From: Podarcis gaigeae
Lineage: Eukaryota
DNA: 64,000 nucleotides
Direction: 5' to 3' (one strand)
NCBI GenBank assembly: GCA_964106915.2
Contig: OZ066917.1
Shown here: in pieces, positions 1 through 11,935 of the stretch
How positions within the stretch are numbered: position 1 is the first letter of the stretch
How the letters are laid out: every line of letters begins with the position of its first letter
The notes under the pieces: generated by a model
Databases searched by the model: none
The model's input: only the letters and a program-made list of their open reading frames with translations
Told to the model about the DNA's origin: nothing
Program-made: the position numbers and the translations under genes

Positions 1-99
1 TGCTTCTATTTCACCGATCTGGCTTCGATTCATTTCACCCTCCAATCCATCAAGCTGATCTCCCCCTGGTACATGCACAGCCCAATCAGATGACAGAAG
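1..99 (-). CDS. CXorf38: CXorf38 exon 5 (partial, cut by window edge)
   Basis: Acceptor caatag at 105-100; reads [33 protein letters not shown]. Confidence 0.9.
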
Positions 100-3000
100 C
101 TATTGGGTTTTAGTAAAAACAAAATGAACATGAAAAGCTATGGCTTTATTGACAAAATAATGACACTTAAGGGCTTCAATGTCCCAAAAAGCACAGGATG
201 CTGTTTGAGAAATACAGATGGAACTAGTTACACATTTCTTTGGATCCAGTCAATGTTGTTTGTGACATTAGAGATGAGCAACAGTATTCAACAATACTGA
301 GGCATGCCAAGTACAGTGGCACCTCGGTTTTTGAACATCTCTGTTGACGAACATTTCGGTTTTTGAACATCATAAACCCGGAAGTAAATGCTTTGGTTTT
401 TGAATATGCTTCCGCTGAGTACAAGATCCTGAGGCCTAGCTGTCGGCTGTTGAGTTTTAGGCTTTCTAACATTTCAGAAGTTGAATGGTCTTTCGGAAAG
501 GATTACGTTCGAAAACCGAGGTACCACTGTAGTTTGTGAAACTTACTGGCATTCTGTGGATTTAAAAACATTATTTGGAGGCTATACCTTCACTGCAAAA
601 GAACACATTTAAACAATTCCCAGTGGAATCATATGCATGTCTACTCAGAAGTAAGCTTCAGTGGGACTTATTTCCAGATAGGTGTGCATAGTAATGAACT
701 TCTTTAAAAGAATTTTTAAAATGGTGGTTTGGCTATTCCTCTGCAGCAATGTCCCTGCCATTTACTAATTCTATTTTTAAATCATCTCTTTTTACTTAAA
801 TTCTTTTCTAAAACAAATGAGCTATTTTGAAACTATGGGAAGTTTCAGAAGCAGATTATGTGATACAGCATAAAAGTCTGCTGAACAAAGATTTTTTTTT
901 TATTCCAGTAGTGGGCCTAAAATAGATTTTGTATCCTGGCATTTGTGTTCTCCCACATAGGTACATTATTTAACCAGGTTTTTTTTTAATGCCACATACC
1001 ATAATGCCTGTTGCCTCCATGCAAGGCTATCTGCCTTGCAGAAGTTTTACCTTTCCATCTATATAACATGCAAATAAAATGCTGTACTATTGTTTTGTTT
1101 TGTTTCCCCCCCCCAAAAAAAATAAACTTTTGATATGGTAATCTCAAGAGTAAAACTAAATTGTATCAATGTGCCCAAAAACCTTGAATCAACAAATTAT
1201 GAAACAGCCTCAGATAATCTTGATCAAGCACAAAAGCTTTGATTTACAGTGCAAACCATCTGGATACAGACTGTTGCATTTCTATATTCAATACTGTGCC
1301 TAGCTATAAAAAAAAAGGTGAATAGCAGCCAGCCTACAAGCTGAAAGAATGGCAACTATTACCTTTTCTATCCTTGTACGAGCCGTCTGGGCCTCTGGAA
1401 TGTGTTGAAATTCAGTTAGCAAGTTCTGAACATGATTACCAAATTCTTTCAGCCAGGAAGAAGAGACTTTCATATCTGAAGAATGCATTAGTTCATTGCG
1501 GCACTTAATCACCTAGAGATAAAAACATGAAGCAAAACCAGTAGACTGAAAACTCAGTGTAGGGCAATGGTAAGCAAAAACCAACCCTCAAGTTACAGTC
1601 CTGCATTAGAGGTTGCTGACTGAGTGATCTGTTTTCACATCAGAGCCACATATTGTTGTTACTAGAATGGAAATGCCCCGTGTGGCGAACACCTTGCCAA
1701 TGTTATGTTCCTCGACTGTCTCCTCCTCAGAGGCTGCTATATGATAACCAGCCTTAAGCACTTTATTATATTGTATTTTATACTTGTAGGCATGCACAAT
1801 TTAAGCTCCATCTGCACTATATGTTTAAAACAGTCTCATAACACTTTAAACAGTTATGGCTTCCCTCAAATAATCTTAGGAACCGTAGTTCGTTAAGGGG
1901 GCTGAGAGCTGTTAGGAGGCCCCTACTCCCCTCACACAGCTACAGTTTCCAGATTTCTTGGGAAGAGAAGAAGAAGCAGAAGAAGAGTTTGGATTTGATA
2001 TCCCACTTTATCACTACCCGAAGGAGTCTCAAAGCGGCTAACATTCTCCTTTCCCTTCCTCCCCCACATCAAACACTCTGTGAGGTGAGTGGGGCTGAGA
2101 GACTTCAGAGAAGTGTGACTGGCCCAAGGTCACCCAGCAGCTGCATGTGCAGGAGCGGAGACGCGAACCCGGTTCACCAGATTATGAGTCTACCGCTCTT
2201 AACCACTACACCACACTGGCTCTCTGGGATTTATTGTTATACAACTCTGGGGACTGTAGCTCTGTGAGGCGGATAGAGGTCTCTGTAGACAGGACAGGAT
2301 GCTTGCCCAAATGGAAGAAGCAGTCACTGATTGCAACCTGGTGAGGGTGTTTGTGGAACCCTGCTAAGAAAAGATGTCAATAGCAGTAGTTGGATTACCT
2401 CTCTGACTTTCTTCTGATCAATGTTACTGAAGTGATCACAGAAGTTGAAAAGGTTTAAGAGCGCAGATGCATCACATTTGTCTGGACCACAAATGTCTGC
2501 TTTCCCACGAGGCATGTAAGCCTACACAGCGAAGGAGAACGCATGCAGTTAATGTCTGATTCAGAAGCTATTAGGAACACACTATTTCTAACTGATAGTT
2601 ATATCAGAACTCATGTTTATTTAATTGTAGCTTTGTCAAACACTAAAACAGTGGTTTAATTAGCATCTTGTTGCTGTCCTTTTTCTCTTTACAATCCCAT
2701 TGGATATTCTCACTGGAGTCCTGCATAGTCATTCCGCACTGTTCCACAACATACAGGAGGACACAATTTAGAACTTTTCTGATCAGCTACTGTTGGTCAG
2801 CCTTAGGCTGCCACTCCCTCTTGAATCCAAAACAAGTTCCCCTTTCCATAAGGAAGCACCAAACTTGTAGATGAGACTTTTAGGGTGAGATGTATTGCCT
2901 TGCAAAGCTCATCAACATGCTTTTCATCACATGTTGATTGTACTGATGTCTATTTCACAGTATGTCTACATCTTGGAAGCCACAACGAGGCACAGTTTCC

Positions 3001-6000
3001 CAGAGCACACATCTACACTGTGGGAAGCTACAGTGAAACAGATACATATATGATCACCACACATCAGTTTTCATGGGCTTTCTGTCTTTCCTTGGGAGAG
3101 TGGGAGAAAATGGAGGAACTACCGTATTTTTCGCTCTATAAGATGCACCAGACCACAAGACACACCTAGTTTTTGGAGGAGGAAAACAAGAAAAAAAATA
3201 TTCTGAATCCCAGAAGCCAGAACAGCAAGAGGGATCGCTGCACAGTGAAAGCAGCAATCCCTCTTGCTGTTCTGGCTTCTGGGATAGCTGCACAGCCTGC
3301 ATTCGCACCATAAGACGCACACACATTTTCCCTTACTTTTTAGGAGGGAAAAAGTGAGTCTTATAGAGCAAAAAATACGGTATTTTCTCTAACAAGGCCC
3401 AGCAACTCTAATACAGACACAAAATTCAACAGATTTGTTTGCCAACCACAGTCCACAGCTTCATGTGTTGAATATCTGCCTGCTGTGCTTTTGTCAAAAT
3501 CACATAACTTCTGCTGAGAAAGAGAGATGCAACTTCTATATGATAAAATGCTATTATGAGTTTGTTTGGTCTTACTAACTGAATACAAACTTACAAATGC
3601 TGCTTTGGCAAATTCTCAGACTGTTCAAATCCAGAAATAAAGAAGGAATAGAAACCTGAATAAACTCATAGAAGACAAAAGGTGGCAGTAACAAAAGAGG
3701 ATAGCAATTGGTTGCCTAGAATTCAGAGCAGCACGAGCTGCTTCTTGCTCCTGAAGCAGTTTCAAAACTAGCCATATCATACACAGGGCCTTGCAGATAT
3801 TGCTGGACAGCTCCCATCACCCTGACCACTCGCCACGCTGTCTGCAGCCTATGGGAGCTTGTAGTCCAACAATACCTGAAGTGCCACAGCTTCTCTATCC
3901 CCGATTTATATCCTACCCTGATGCATGCTGCAAAAGCTGGAGCAGAACATCCATTTTACATACAGGGGTGTAGGGGGTGGGTGGGTAACCCCAGGTTCCA
4001 TCGTAGAGGGGGGGTGACAAATGATCAAGGAACAATTACTGCCCTACTAGGGAGGTTCATAAAAAAAACCTGTTAAAAAAAATTCTGCTCCAAAGGTCTT
4101 ATCTTACTACACTAGGGATTATGTAGCTATATATGAAATTTCATGCATATCAGTTAATATCTTGACCCTCCTCCACAAAAATAGTTGTTTACTTGGCCGT
4201 TTTCCTATGTCGTGAAGGCTGAAATTTCAATTCAGTGGAGCACTTACTGTTCCCAACCTTAACCCTGCGGAAAGCCATCTAATTAGACTTTAATTTGATT
4301 CTGACATGTTTTTATGAGGTAATTTAATTATTGTTATATATCTGATGTTAGCCGCCCTGAGCCTGACTTCAGCCAGGGAGGACAGGATATAAATAAAAGT
4401 TTATTATTATTGTTATTTATTATTATTCCTTTGTAAGAAAATATGAAATAATGTAAAACCATTTTTGCAGGCAAAAAAAAAAAAATCAATGGGGGGGGTG
4501 ACAAGAAATTTTCTGCACTGGGTACCACCTGACCTTCCTATGCCTCTGTTTACATAACAGAACTTCCAGGCATTACCTTTGCCAACTCCCATGCATTAGA
4601 TGGCCAGAGCCAAGGCCTGCAGTTTCCCCAGTGGACTTCCCCATTCTTGTGCGTGTGATGATTCAAAATCTCTTTTTTCCACTCTTTACACAAGGAGCAC
4701 GCAGGCTGAAACTACAAAGCAAAATGAACACCAATACAAGTACTGTAATTTAAATCATTGGTTTCAAATTTTTTATCCAAGGGGGTGGGACTCAATTTGC
4801 ATTGTCCAAGAAATCAAACAATGTCCAGTCCCCAAAGTCAACAAATTACAATTCAGTAAATAAAAAGGGATTAAAAGGAGTTAGGGATGGGACTGCTTAC
4901 TGTTGGCAGGAAAGAGGCAGAGATGCTGAGGTTATACGGGTTTACATATTCGTAGTGTCTCTCTAGTGGGCTTCCGGTTTCTAAGACCCTTTGAGAGATT
5001 CCTGCATGTGCATGCTAAGAAAAGCCGCAAATACTCTGGAATTAAGGGAGGGGGAGAAATGCAAATAGAAAGTTTCCTTTGAATGCTTTGAAACGATTGT
5101 GAGCTTTATCCTTTCAAAATGCAAAAGAAGCTGCACAAAAAATGCCGCAGCGACCACAGCAGAATTCAGAGCGCTCTTTGCAAGCAGGACTCGTGTGTTT
5201 TTAAATGCCACATGTCAAGCATAAACTTAACATGTGGAGATGGGCTGGGTAGAATGGCATCACCGGCTATACTTCTTAAAGGAAATCAGAGCATAACTTA
5301 AGATTCCATTCTGTTGCAAATATAATGTCCTCTCTATCAAAACAAGTAGAAAGCAAGTTATTTTAATAAGGTGGAATCTAAGTACAGTGGTACCTCGGGT
5401 TACATACGCTTCAGGTTTCAGACTCTGCTAACCCAGAAATAGTGCCTCAAGTTAAAAACTTTGCTTCAGGATGAGAACAGAAATCGTGCTCCGGCAGCAC
5501 GGCGGCAGCAGGAGGCCCCATTAGCTAAAGTGTGGTGCTCAGGTTAAGAACAGTTTCAGGTTAAGAACGGACCTCCGGAACGAATTAAGTACTTAACCCG
5601 AGGTAGTACTGTATATTATTATTTGCCATGTTATGAACTGTCTTGTAAGGGAAAATATCCTGAAAGGAAGCTTAAATCTATTAAATAAATAAAATTAAAA
5701 TACATTGGGCTAAAAATATTGGGGGAGGTGTGTGTGCTGGCTCCTGTGTCTTTAAAGGCTGAGGCATGCAGAAATTTAACAGGTACAGCTTCCTTTGATC
5801 ATGGAGATAAAGCATCACAGAAAGTTGCACCTATTGAATTTCTGACAGATATGAGATGAAGCCCAGCATTATAATGCCAAAGTACCCGTAGAGTGTCAGA
5901 ACTGAAAACATGTACCACAGTGTTCTTAAGGTTTCCTTTTCAATGTCTGGCCAAAAACATGTATCTTTCCACAACCGCTTCTTTCTTCTAACTATTATCT

Positions 6001-9000
6001 CTCTTTTCTGTCTCTCTGGCAAATCACATACTCTGAATGCAGAGTGAAAGGTTCCTTGAAATTCTGCTGGTTACATAGCATTGCGGATGAGAAGAGCCAG
6101 AGGCAGCTCTTACTCACAAACACTTAAGAATACCGCCATGCACTGAACGCTCATCCAGAGAACATATTGCAATTTGGGGAAAGTAGGAAGATAAATTATT
6201 GTTTCAGAGCACAGCAACAAAATGGAGCCATTAACCCTGCCCGTTTGTTTGTTTTTTAAAAATCTATCTATTCCTATGTAGGCCCACTGCTCTTTCCTTG
6301 TACGTAGAGAGTACTGTTTGTAATCAGAGCGATGTGTGGAATGTTTGATATTTCATGTGTCCTTGAGGCTGTGTGGGAAGAGAGGTGGCAGAGGCAAGCT
6401 TCCCAGAACATCACACATTCTCACTGAATCCCTCATTTTCAAAACCCAAATCGACCTCTGCGCAATTCTTCCCAACCCACAAGGAAGCAATTCCGTGAAT
6501 TTTACTCAAGACTGAGACATGATGAGAACCTGGGATTGTCAGCCTTGTTGTCAATAAATGTTTTGTTCAGTATGGTCCTGTACTGCAGAATCAGGCCTAA
6601 GTATCACAAGCTGTTCCAAAAAGTACCACAAGAGTGGTCAATGAATCATTTGATATCCCGTAACTTTTTTCCTGGGAGGGAAGATATCTGAAGCATCACA
6701 GAAGTTGGGCTGCACACTCTGCTGCTGTTATTGTGGCCAGGACTGTAGCTAGGGTGTGGTGAGGTGGGCCCCCGCCAGGGGCATAGGCGATGAGGGGTGC
6801 ACAAAATCGGCTAAAATATGTCCATAAATATAAATATTGATTACTGTATTGCCTCATAAGAAATGGTTTTAAATAGAGGGTGAATTGAAAGGGTGGAAGG
6901 GGTTGGGGTTGGAGGAGGGGCAGAAAGAAGAGCTAGGGGACATAGGTGGCGCTGTGGGTTAAACCACAGAGCCTAGGACTTGCCGATCAGAAGGTCAGTG
7001 GTTCAAATCCCTGTGACAGGGTGAGCTCCCGTTGCTCGGTCCCTGCTCCTGCCAACCTAGCAGTTCGAAAGTACGCCAGTGCAAGTAGATAAATAGGTAC
7101 CACTCCGGTGGGAAGGTAAACGACGTTTCTGTGCGCTGCTCTCGTTTGCCAGAAACGGCTTAGTCATTCTGGCCACATGACCCGGAAGCTGTACACCGGC
7201 TCCCTCGGCCAATAAAGCGAGATGAGCGCCAGAACCCCAGAGTTGGCCACCACTGGACCTAATGGTCAGGGGTCCTTTTACCTTTACCTTAGGGGACACA
7301 ATCTGGACAGTTCTTCTAGGGGCACAAAATCACCTAGCTATGGCTCTGATTGTGAGTCATGCCTGCAAGCAGCTCCATGTGTGGGTACATGAAGTCCACA
7401 TACGCAGAGACAGCTCCATGAGGCAAGGCATTTGCATAAAGTGGCTGTTCCTATGTAGTTCCAGCAATTTCAACCCATGCTAGAAAATTCCCCAAAATTC
7501 AAAAAGGGGAAGCCTTCACCAGCATGGAGATTCTGTGACGGTAAAAGTTGTGCGGATTGAATTCTTCCAGTCATGTTAGTCATGCAGCAAAGCAAAAAGC
7601 CACAAACTTCCATCTATCCAGAGCATTTCTGATGCTTTCTTTATAATTCAAATACGAATGGTGCCATTTTGGCATCACTGACAAATTTTACACAAATTGT
7701 CAAACAAACTGCCATGATGATGCACAGCATAAGATGATATAGTCCAGTTTCGGAACTTCAGTTATTTAACTGTGAAGTGCTGCCTGCCCATTTTTTAAAT
7801 GTAATTTTTGTGCTATAACATTTTGTGAAATAATAATTTGAGTGGTGACATCCGGGCACCCTTGAGCAATTTGAAATCATTGAGATGGCTGCCAAATTAG
7901 TTTGGCAGCTTCGCAAAAGAATTGGAAAATGCCGCCCACCAAGTATATTTTGAGATCTGGGCGACTTGTGTGTCTCTTAGTGGAAGACCCACCTCCAAAA
8001 TTCTCTTCCCACTCAAGTCTCAAAGATATAGGAAAACAAGCACTCCCACACACGTCATTTACAGGGTAAGAGCAGTGAAAGTATGTAGGAATCAACATAA
8101 AAAATAAATAAAACAGGCAGGATTAGAGACTCCCTTTTGTTGCAGTGCTTTGAAATAATCATTTTCTGGTGACAAGCATAATCATTTCCCGAAATATTTC
8201 AAAGCAGCGAGTCACGCTGTCTTCAACTACATCTTTATAAAGCGTCAGTTGGGCTTCATTCTTGGCAGGACTCCATACCTTTGGCTTCTATGCAATTTTC
8301 TTTGCAACCTTCATAATGGTACCTGGTCATTATCTTAATCTGGTGCTAAGTAAAGCACTCCAGCAGCAGTTTTTCAAAACATGAAATTAACTATCCATAG
8401 ATGTAAAAGTAAGAAGTTCTGATTCAAATAATTCTGTGCAAGTTCTCTGAGAGGGCAGGGTCTCTTCATTACGATGTTTTGAAAATCCTGGCCTGTTTCC
8501 ATTAGTGAAACTGTTTCTCTTTGAAGCCTTGATTGCAGAACAAAGTTCACTGCTATGTATGCGATCAGTGCAATATGTTGTATCAGCTGCTGCACACTGA
8601 CTTCTCTAATCATTCTCACTTATCTTACAACATCATTGTAAGCCTTCAAAACCTCTTAAGATTGTTCCTTGTAAGGATTTCATTTGGGGTCTGTGATTAG
8701 CAGCTCTACATATAATATTCCCCTATCAGCTATGATCTTTAGGATTGCGACTGAAGGTGCACATTTTGCCCCAAAATATATGGCGCGCCAAAAGCTAAAA
8801 CCTGGGTGTCTAGTTTGATGTGGAATTTAGTTTGATGTACCATTCCAAAGCTTGGCTGCCATCATGCTACTAATGGCATCAAATACACATTTTAAACCCC
8901 AAATGAGAAAATCCAATGAGAGATTACGTAATCTGGAACAGAAAAGTAACCCTCTGCCCACCTCCCCTCTGCTGCAAAGCAAAAGTGAAACTGGCACCAT

Positions 9001-10075
9001 GAAACAACTGTGCATTTTTATTAACGATTGTAGGTGTATCATAGTGGCACTCCAAAAATAAAATTGCTCAGCATCCTTCATGTTTGTAACTCGCATCCCT
9101 AATGTTGTTTTTTTTAAAATCTAAGACTTAATGGCATTTCTTGGGGTTTCTTCCTTCACATCAAAACTAATTTGGCAACCATCTTGAACATTTCAAATTT
9201 CTCAAGGATGCCAAGTGCCATCACTGCAGTGATTGCTTCACTATAATAGAAGAAAATATTTCAGTATTTCACAATGAAATAACGTAAGTTCTGCAACCAC
9301 ATTAAAATAAAGAAGCGAGAGGACTGGCCGTATTGCGCTGCCCCTGAGCTTATATATAAACAAATGAAATTATAACACATTAAAAGGATAGGAAAACGCG
9401 CAGTATGCTGTACAGTACTGTATTATAAAGCAGGCAATCTCTGGCCTTGCAGAAGGGGGCACTGTTCGAAGGAAACAGTTTTGCAGAAAGCGCTTTGGAT
9501 CCGAGGCAAACCGGAGTTCTTTGTTCTGGCCGAAACTTGCCACGAGCGCGGCGCGTATCTTTCCGCGCGAGAAAAGAGGGATGCGCAACCCCTTCCCCTG
9601 TTTTCCTGTTCAAAAGCGTTCCCTCCTCTTTCATTGAGCAGAAGTAGTTTCCCCGCCCCCGCCCCCCCCCCCGATCTCCGGCTGCAAAAACTCTCGGGGA
9701 ACATTGAAGGGACCTCTGGGGCGCGCCACGTGCACTTCGGAAAGGGTCGGGTAAACGACACGCGCGAGTTTGTTTCTCGAGCGCGCTTTTGGCGGGAGAG
9801 GGGCGACCAGGCAAAGCGAGGCAGGAGCCTCCTCCGACCTTCCCAGGGCGGAGCCTCACCTGCTTGCCTCGAGGGGTGCAGCGCCCGCTACAGCGGAGGC
9901 CCGACGGGCTGAGGCGCGCGGAGGAGCGCGCGACGAGCTGGCGGTGAAAGGCCTGCACTTGCTCCCCGGCAAAGCGCTGCAGGGCGGCCCGCAAGAGCAG
10001 CAGGCTGTGCCCGGCCTTCACCCAGTTCTTGTATTCAGCGCAGTTGAGGCGAGAGGCCAGTTCCGCCAGCGCCAT
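1..10075 (-). CDS. CXorf38: CXorf38 homolog (DUF4559 family), spliced gene span, 3'-partial: join of 10075-9860, 4711-4577, 2521-2399, 1512-1363, 99-<1
   Basis: Five exons joined by GT-AG introns, all phase 0. Translation [29 protein letters not shown]...[24 protein letters not shown]...CRNELMHSS...[11 protein letters not shown] matches the CXorf38 protein as I recall it. Position next to MED14 matches known amniote synteny. Confidence 0.93.
314..529. mobile_element. Non-autonomous Tc1/mariner-superfamily MITE
   Basis: TIRs CAGTGGCACCTCGGTTTT / AAAACCGAGGTACCACTG, TA on both sides. Confidence 0.8.
1363..1512 (-). CDS. CXorf38: CXorf38 exon 4 (150 nt)
   Basis: tag|GTG...AAG|gtaata; [50 protein letters not shown]. 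Confidence 0.93.
1965..2222 (-). mobile_element. tRNA-derived squamate SINE (Squam3-like) with (CTT)n tail
   Basis: Minus strand begins GAGCCAGTGTGGTGTAGTGGTTAAG (A box), has GGTTCGCGTC B-box-like motif and ends in a CTT-repeat tail; sits inside an older degraded repeat (about 1800-2285). Confidence 0.75.
2399..2521 (-). CDS. CXorf38: CXorf38 exon 3 (123 nt)
   Basis: tag|GCT...GAG|gtaatc; [41 protein letters not shown]. Confidence 0.93.
3122..3380. mobile_element. Non-autonomous Tc1/mariner (pogo/Tc2-like) MITE, copy 1
   Basis: TIRs CCGTATTTTTCGCTCTATAAGA / TCTTATAGAGCAAAAAATACGG, TA TSD; near-identical inverted copy at 33458. Confidence 0.85.
3963..4548. mobile_element. Non-autonomous hAT-type DNA transposon
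   Basis: Imperfect TIRs CAGGGGTGTAGG / CCTATGCCTCTG; perfect 8-bp TSD TTTACATA (3955-3962, 4549-4556). Confidence 0.8.
4577..4711 (-). CDS. CXorf38: CXorf38 exon 2 (135 nt)
   Basis: ttgtag|TTT...AAG|gtaatg; [45 protein letters not shown]; absent from the ORF track. Confidence 0.93.
5385..5611 (+). mobile_element. Tc1/mariner MITE (about 230-bp family), copy 1
   Basis: TA|CAGTGGTACCTCGGGTTA...TAACCCGAGGTAGTACTG|TA; same internal sequence as copies at 25474, 53742, 60157. Confidence 0.85.
6738..7348. mobile_element. Degraded non-autonomous hAT-type element interrupted by a Sauria SINE
   Basis: Ends CAGGACTGTAGCTAGG / CCTAGCTATGGCTCTG; flanks ATTGTGGC vs ATTGTGAG (6/8 match). Confidence 0.6.
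6937..7290 (+). mobile_element. Sauria SINE, full length
   Basis: GGTGGCGCTGTGGGTTAAA A box, GGTTCAAATCC B box, GTGCAAGTAGATAAATAGGTACC core, (ACCTTT)n tail. Confidence 0.9.
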
Positions 10076-10270
10076 GGCATGCCCGACTCTGCCGCCTTGC
10101 GCGCCAGCCTCCAGGGGGCCGGGCTAGAGGCGGCGGAGCCGGCCGGCCTCTGTCGTTCGTTGCCTCAGGGGAGCGCAGGCAGGAGCTGCCGCTCACCCCG
10201 AGGTCATCCTGTCAGCTATAGGTTCACACTTGCAGACACTTTCCTAAGCAACCGTGTAAGAGGTAGGTAT
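9480..10270. promoter_or_regulatory. CpG island / CXorf38 promoter and first exon
   Basis: High GC with dense CpG against an AT-rich background; GC boxes; CACGTG E-box at 9727-9732. Confidence 0.8.
9860..10075 (-). CDS. CXorf38: CXorf38 exon 1 coding part (216 nt)
   Basis: GCCATGG Kozak start; 72 codons ending GKQ, then CAG|gtgagg donor. Confidence 0.93.
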
Positions 10271-10462
10271 CGATTTCCTTGAAACCACACTTTTACTATT
10301 TATCACGAGGAAAAATCTTGACCCCTACCTACCCAAGGGCACTCATATTTTTCATAGTGTCACCTTAAAGGCTAGCAAATTTATTATGGCATAAGATTTT
10401 GTGAAGTACAGTCCACGCCACCAGTTGCGTGAAATTTGAGAAAATGTAAAAGGCGAGGTCAG

Positions 10463-10587
10463 CTTCTCGAAACTACCAGCATGAGTTTGACCAAACTGCG
10501 GGAGGCAGTGGAAGACAGAGGTGCCTGGCGTGCTCTGGTCCATGGGGTCACAAAGAGTCGGACACGACTAAACGACTAACAACAAAC
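10463..10587 (+). mobile_element. RTE-BovB-type LINE 3' end (5'-truncated)
   Basis: CCATGGGGTCACAAAGAGTCGGACACGACTAAACGACTAA + (CAA)n tail; 15-bp TSD AAAAGGCGAGGTCAG (10448-10462, 10588-10602). Confidence 0.85.
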
Positions 10588-11935
10588 AAAAGGCGAGGTC
10601 AGTGGGAATTGAAATGCAGAAAAGTAAACAGTGGTATTACGTATTTTTAGTGGTAATTCGACCTATAACAGTTCTTGATTCCTCAGAAAAGTCAATGGCA
10701 CCCTAAATATATATATTCAATATATGATCTATATTCTCAGGTTATGTTCTTAAGTATTTGTCAGACCATTTGCCACCAGTACTCAGTTACTTACTAGAAA
10801 CCACCAACTGCCTGAGGAAGCTTCTATTGGCAATTGAAAAAAAGACAAACCCAAAAGGGCAGCAAGATAAAAGTTGATAAAGTATTCCTGGTTTGCATAA
10901 ATGTAATGGAAGAACTATACCCTCAAAATTGACTGGCGAACCGCATAAATGGAAGTACTAATTAACTCATGGAATTCACTTCCACAAGATGTGGTGATAG
11001 GCATTATCTTAAAGAAATCAGAGCTAACCTATATTTTGCCTATTATTGGCTATAATGTAACCTCCAAATACAGTTATTACTGATATTGAACAAGGTTCAA
11101 TTTTCTTTAGCTTCCATATACACGCTTTATAAAAGTTGTCATGTTTCCTTCAATGTTTTGTGTCCTAGATCATCTAAATTTACTGATATGGAAGCTGTCA
11201 AATTTCCCCCCCTTACTAGCTGCACCACATGGGAATCTTTTAACATGCATTAACTTACCACTTGGGATTGTCATGTGGAATCACCATGCTAGCACCAGAT
11301 GTCTCTGGGGCAGCTGCTGGTGAACAGGGGAAGGCTATGTAATGTTGCCGTTCCATGTGGCAAGCTACTCTACAAGGTACAACTGCCAAGTGGGAGATTT
11401 TCCCCAGAGGCTGTTTCAAGCGGCTTCCATGCAATACTTTCAATGTGAAGAACAGTCAGAATTCAGAGAACAACCTTAGCTACTGCTTTAGTTAGGTACA
11501 CTTATTGGGGCTTTCCCGTTTTCCCTCTCCATATGCATGAAAGTAAGTCCCTTCATTAAAAACTGCTTCTGCTGCATCCCTGAGTTTCAAAGTCAATTGC
11601 TGTGCAGCACAGAATGCCGCCCTTGCTCTCAAAAGGCCTACTGAACTTGTTTCAGGGTGCTTCAGGAACTTGCCTTGAATCAGGTATGAAGATCTGCAAA
11701 ATCATACCACTTACTGCTTGCTCAATCCAACTTTTAGAGATAATAAACTACTGTACTTGAAAAGGAGCTGGCAATTTCCTACTTCTAAATTTGGTGTACC
11801 AAGTACGTTGAGCTTTTAAGGCAGTGATGAACTACCCAGAAACAGCCCCATAAGCAAGGAATCTGGCATTATTTTTTCACATATAAAAATGAAACATTTT
11901 TAAAACAAACACACAAACATTTTTTTTAAATCTAG

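Noticed and set aside
7057-7299. Similar ORFs recurring at 7057, 17080, 30794, 37851 and at 3054/33481
   Set aside because: Translations of Sauria SINE and MITE copies, not a gene family
8374-8619. 81-aa ORF plus a second overlapping open frame in CXorf38 intron 1
   Set aside because: No recognisable homology or convincing splice sites; length within chance expectation
9380-9859. 3' part of the 231-aa ORF and the overlapping 112-170 aa ORFs in the CXorf38 CpG island
   Set aside because: Read-through past the exon 1 donor or antisense frames; stop codons are scarce in GC-rich DNA; no recognisable protein
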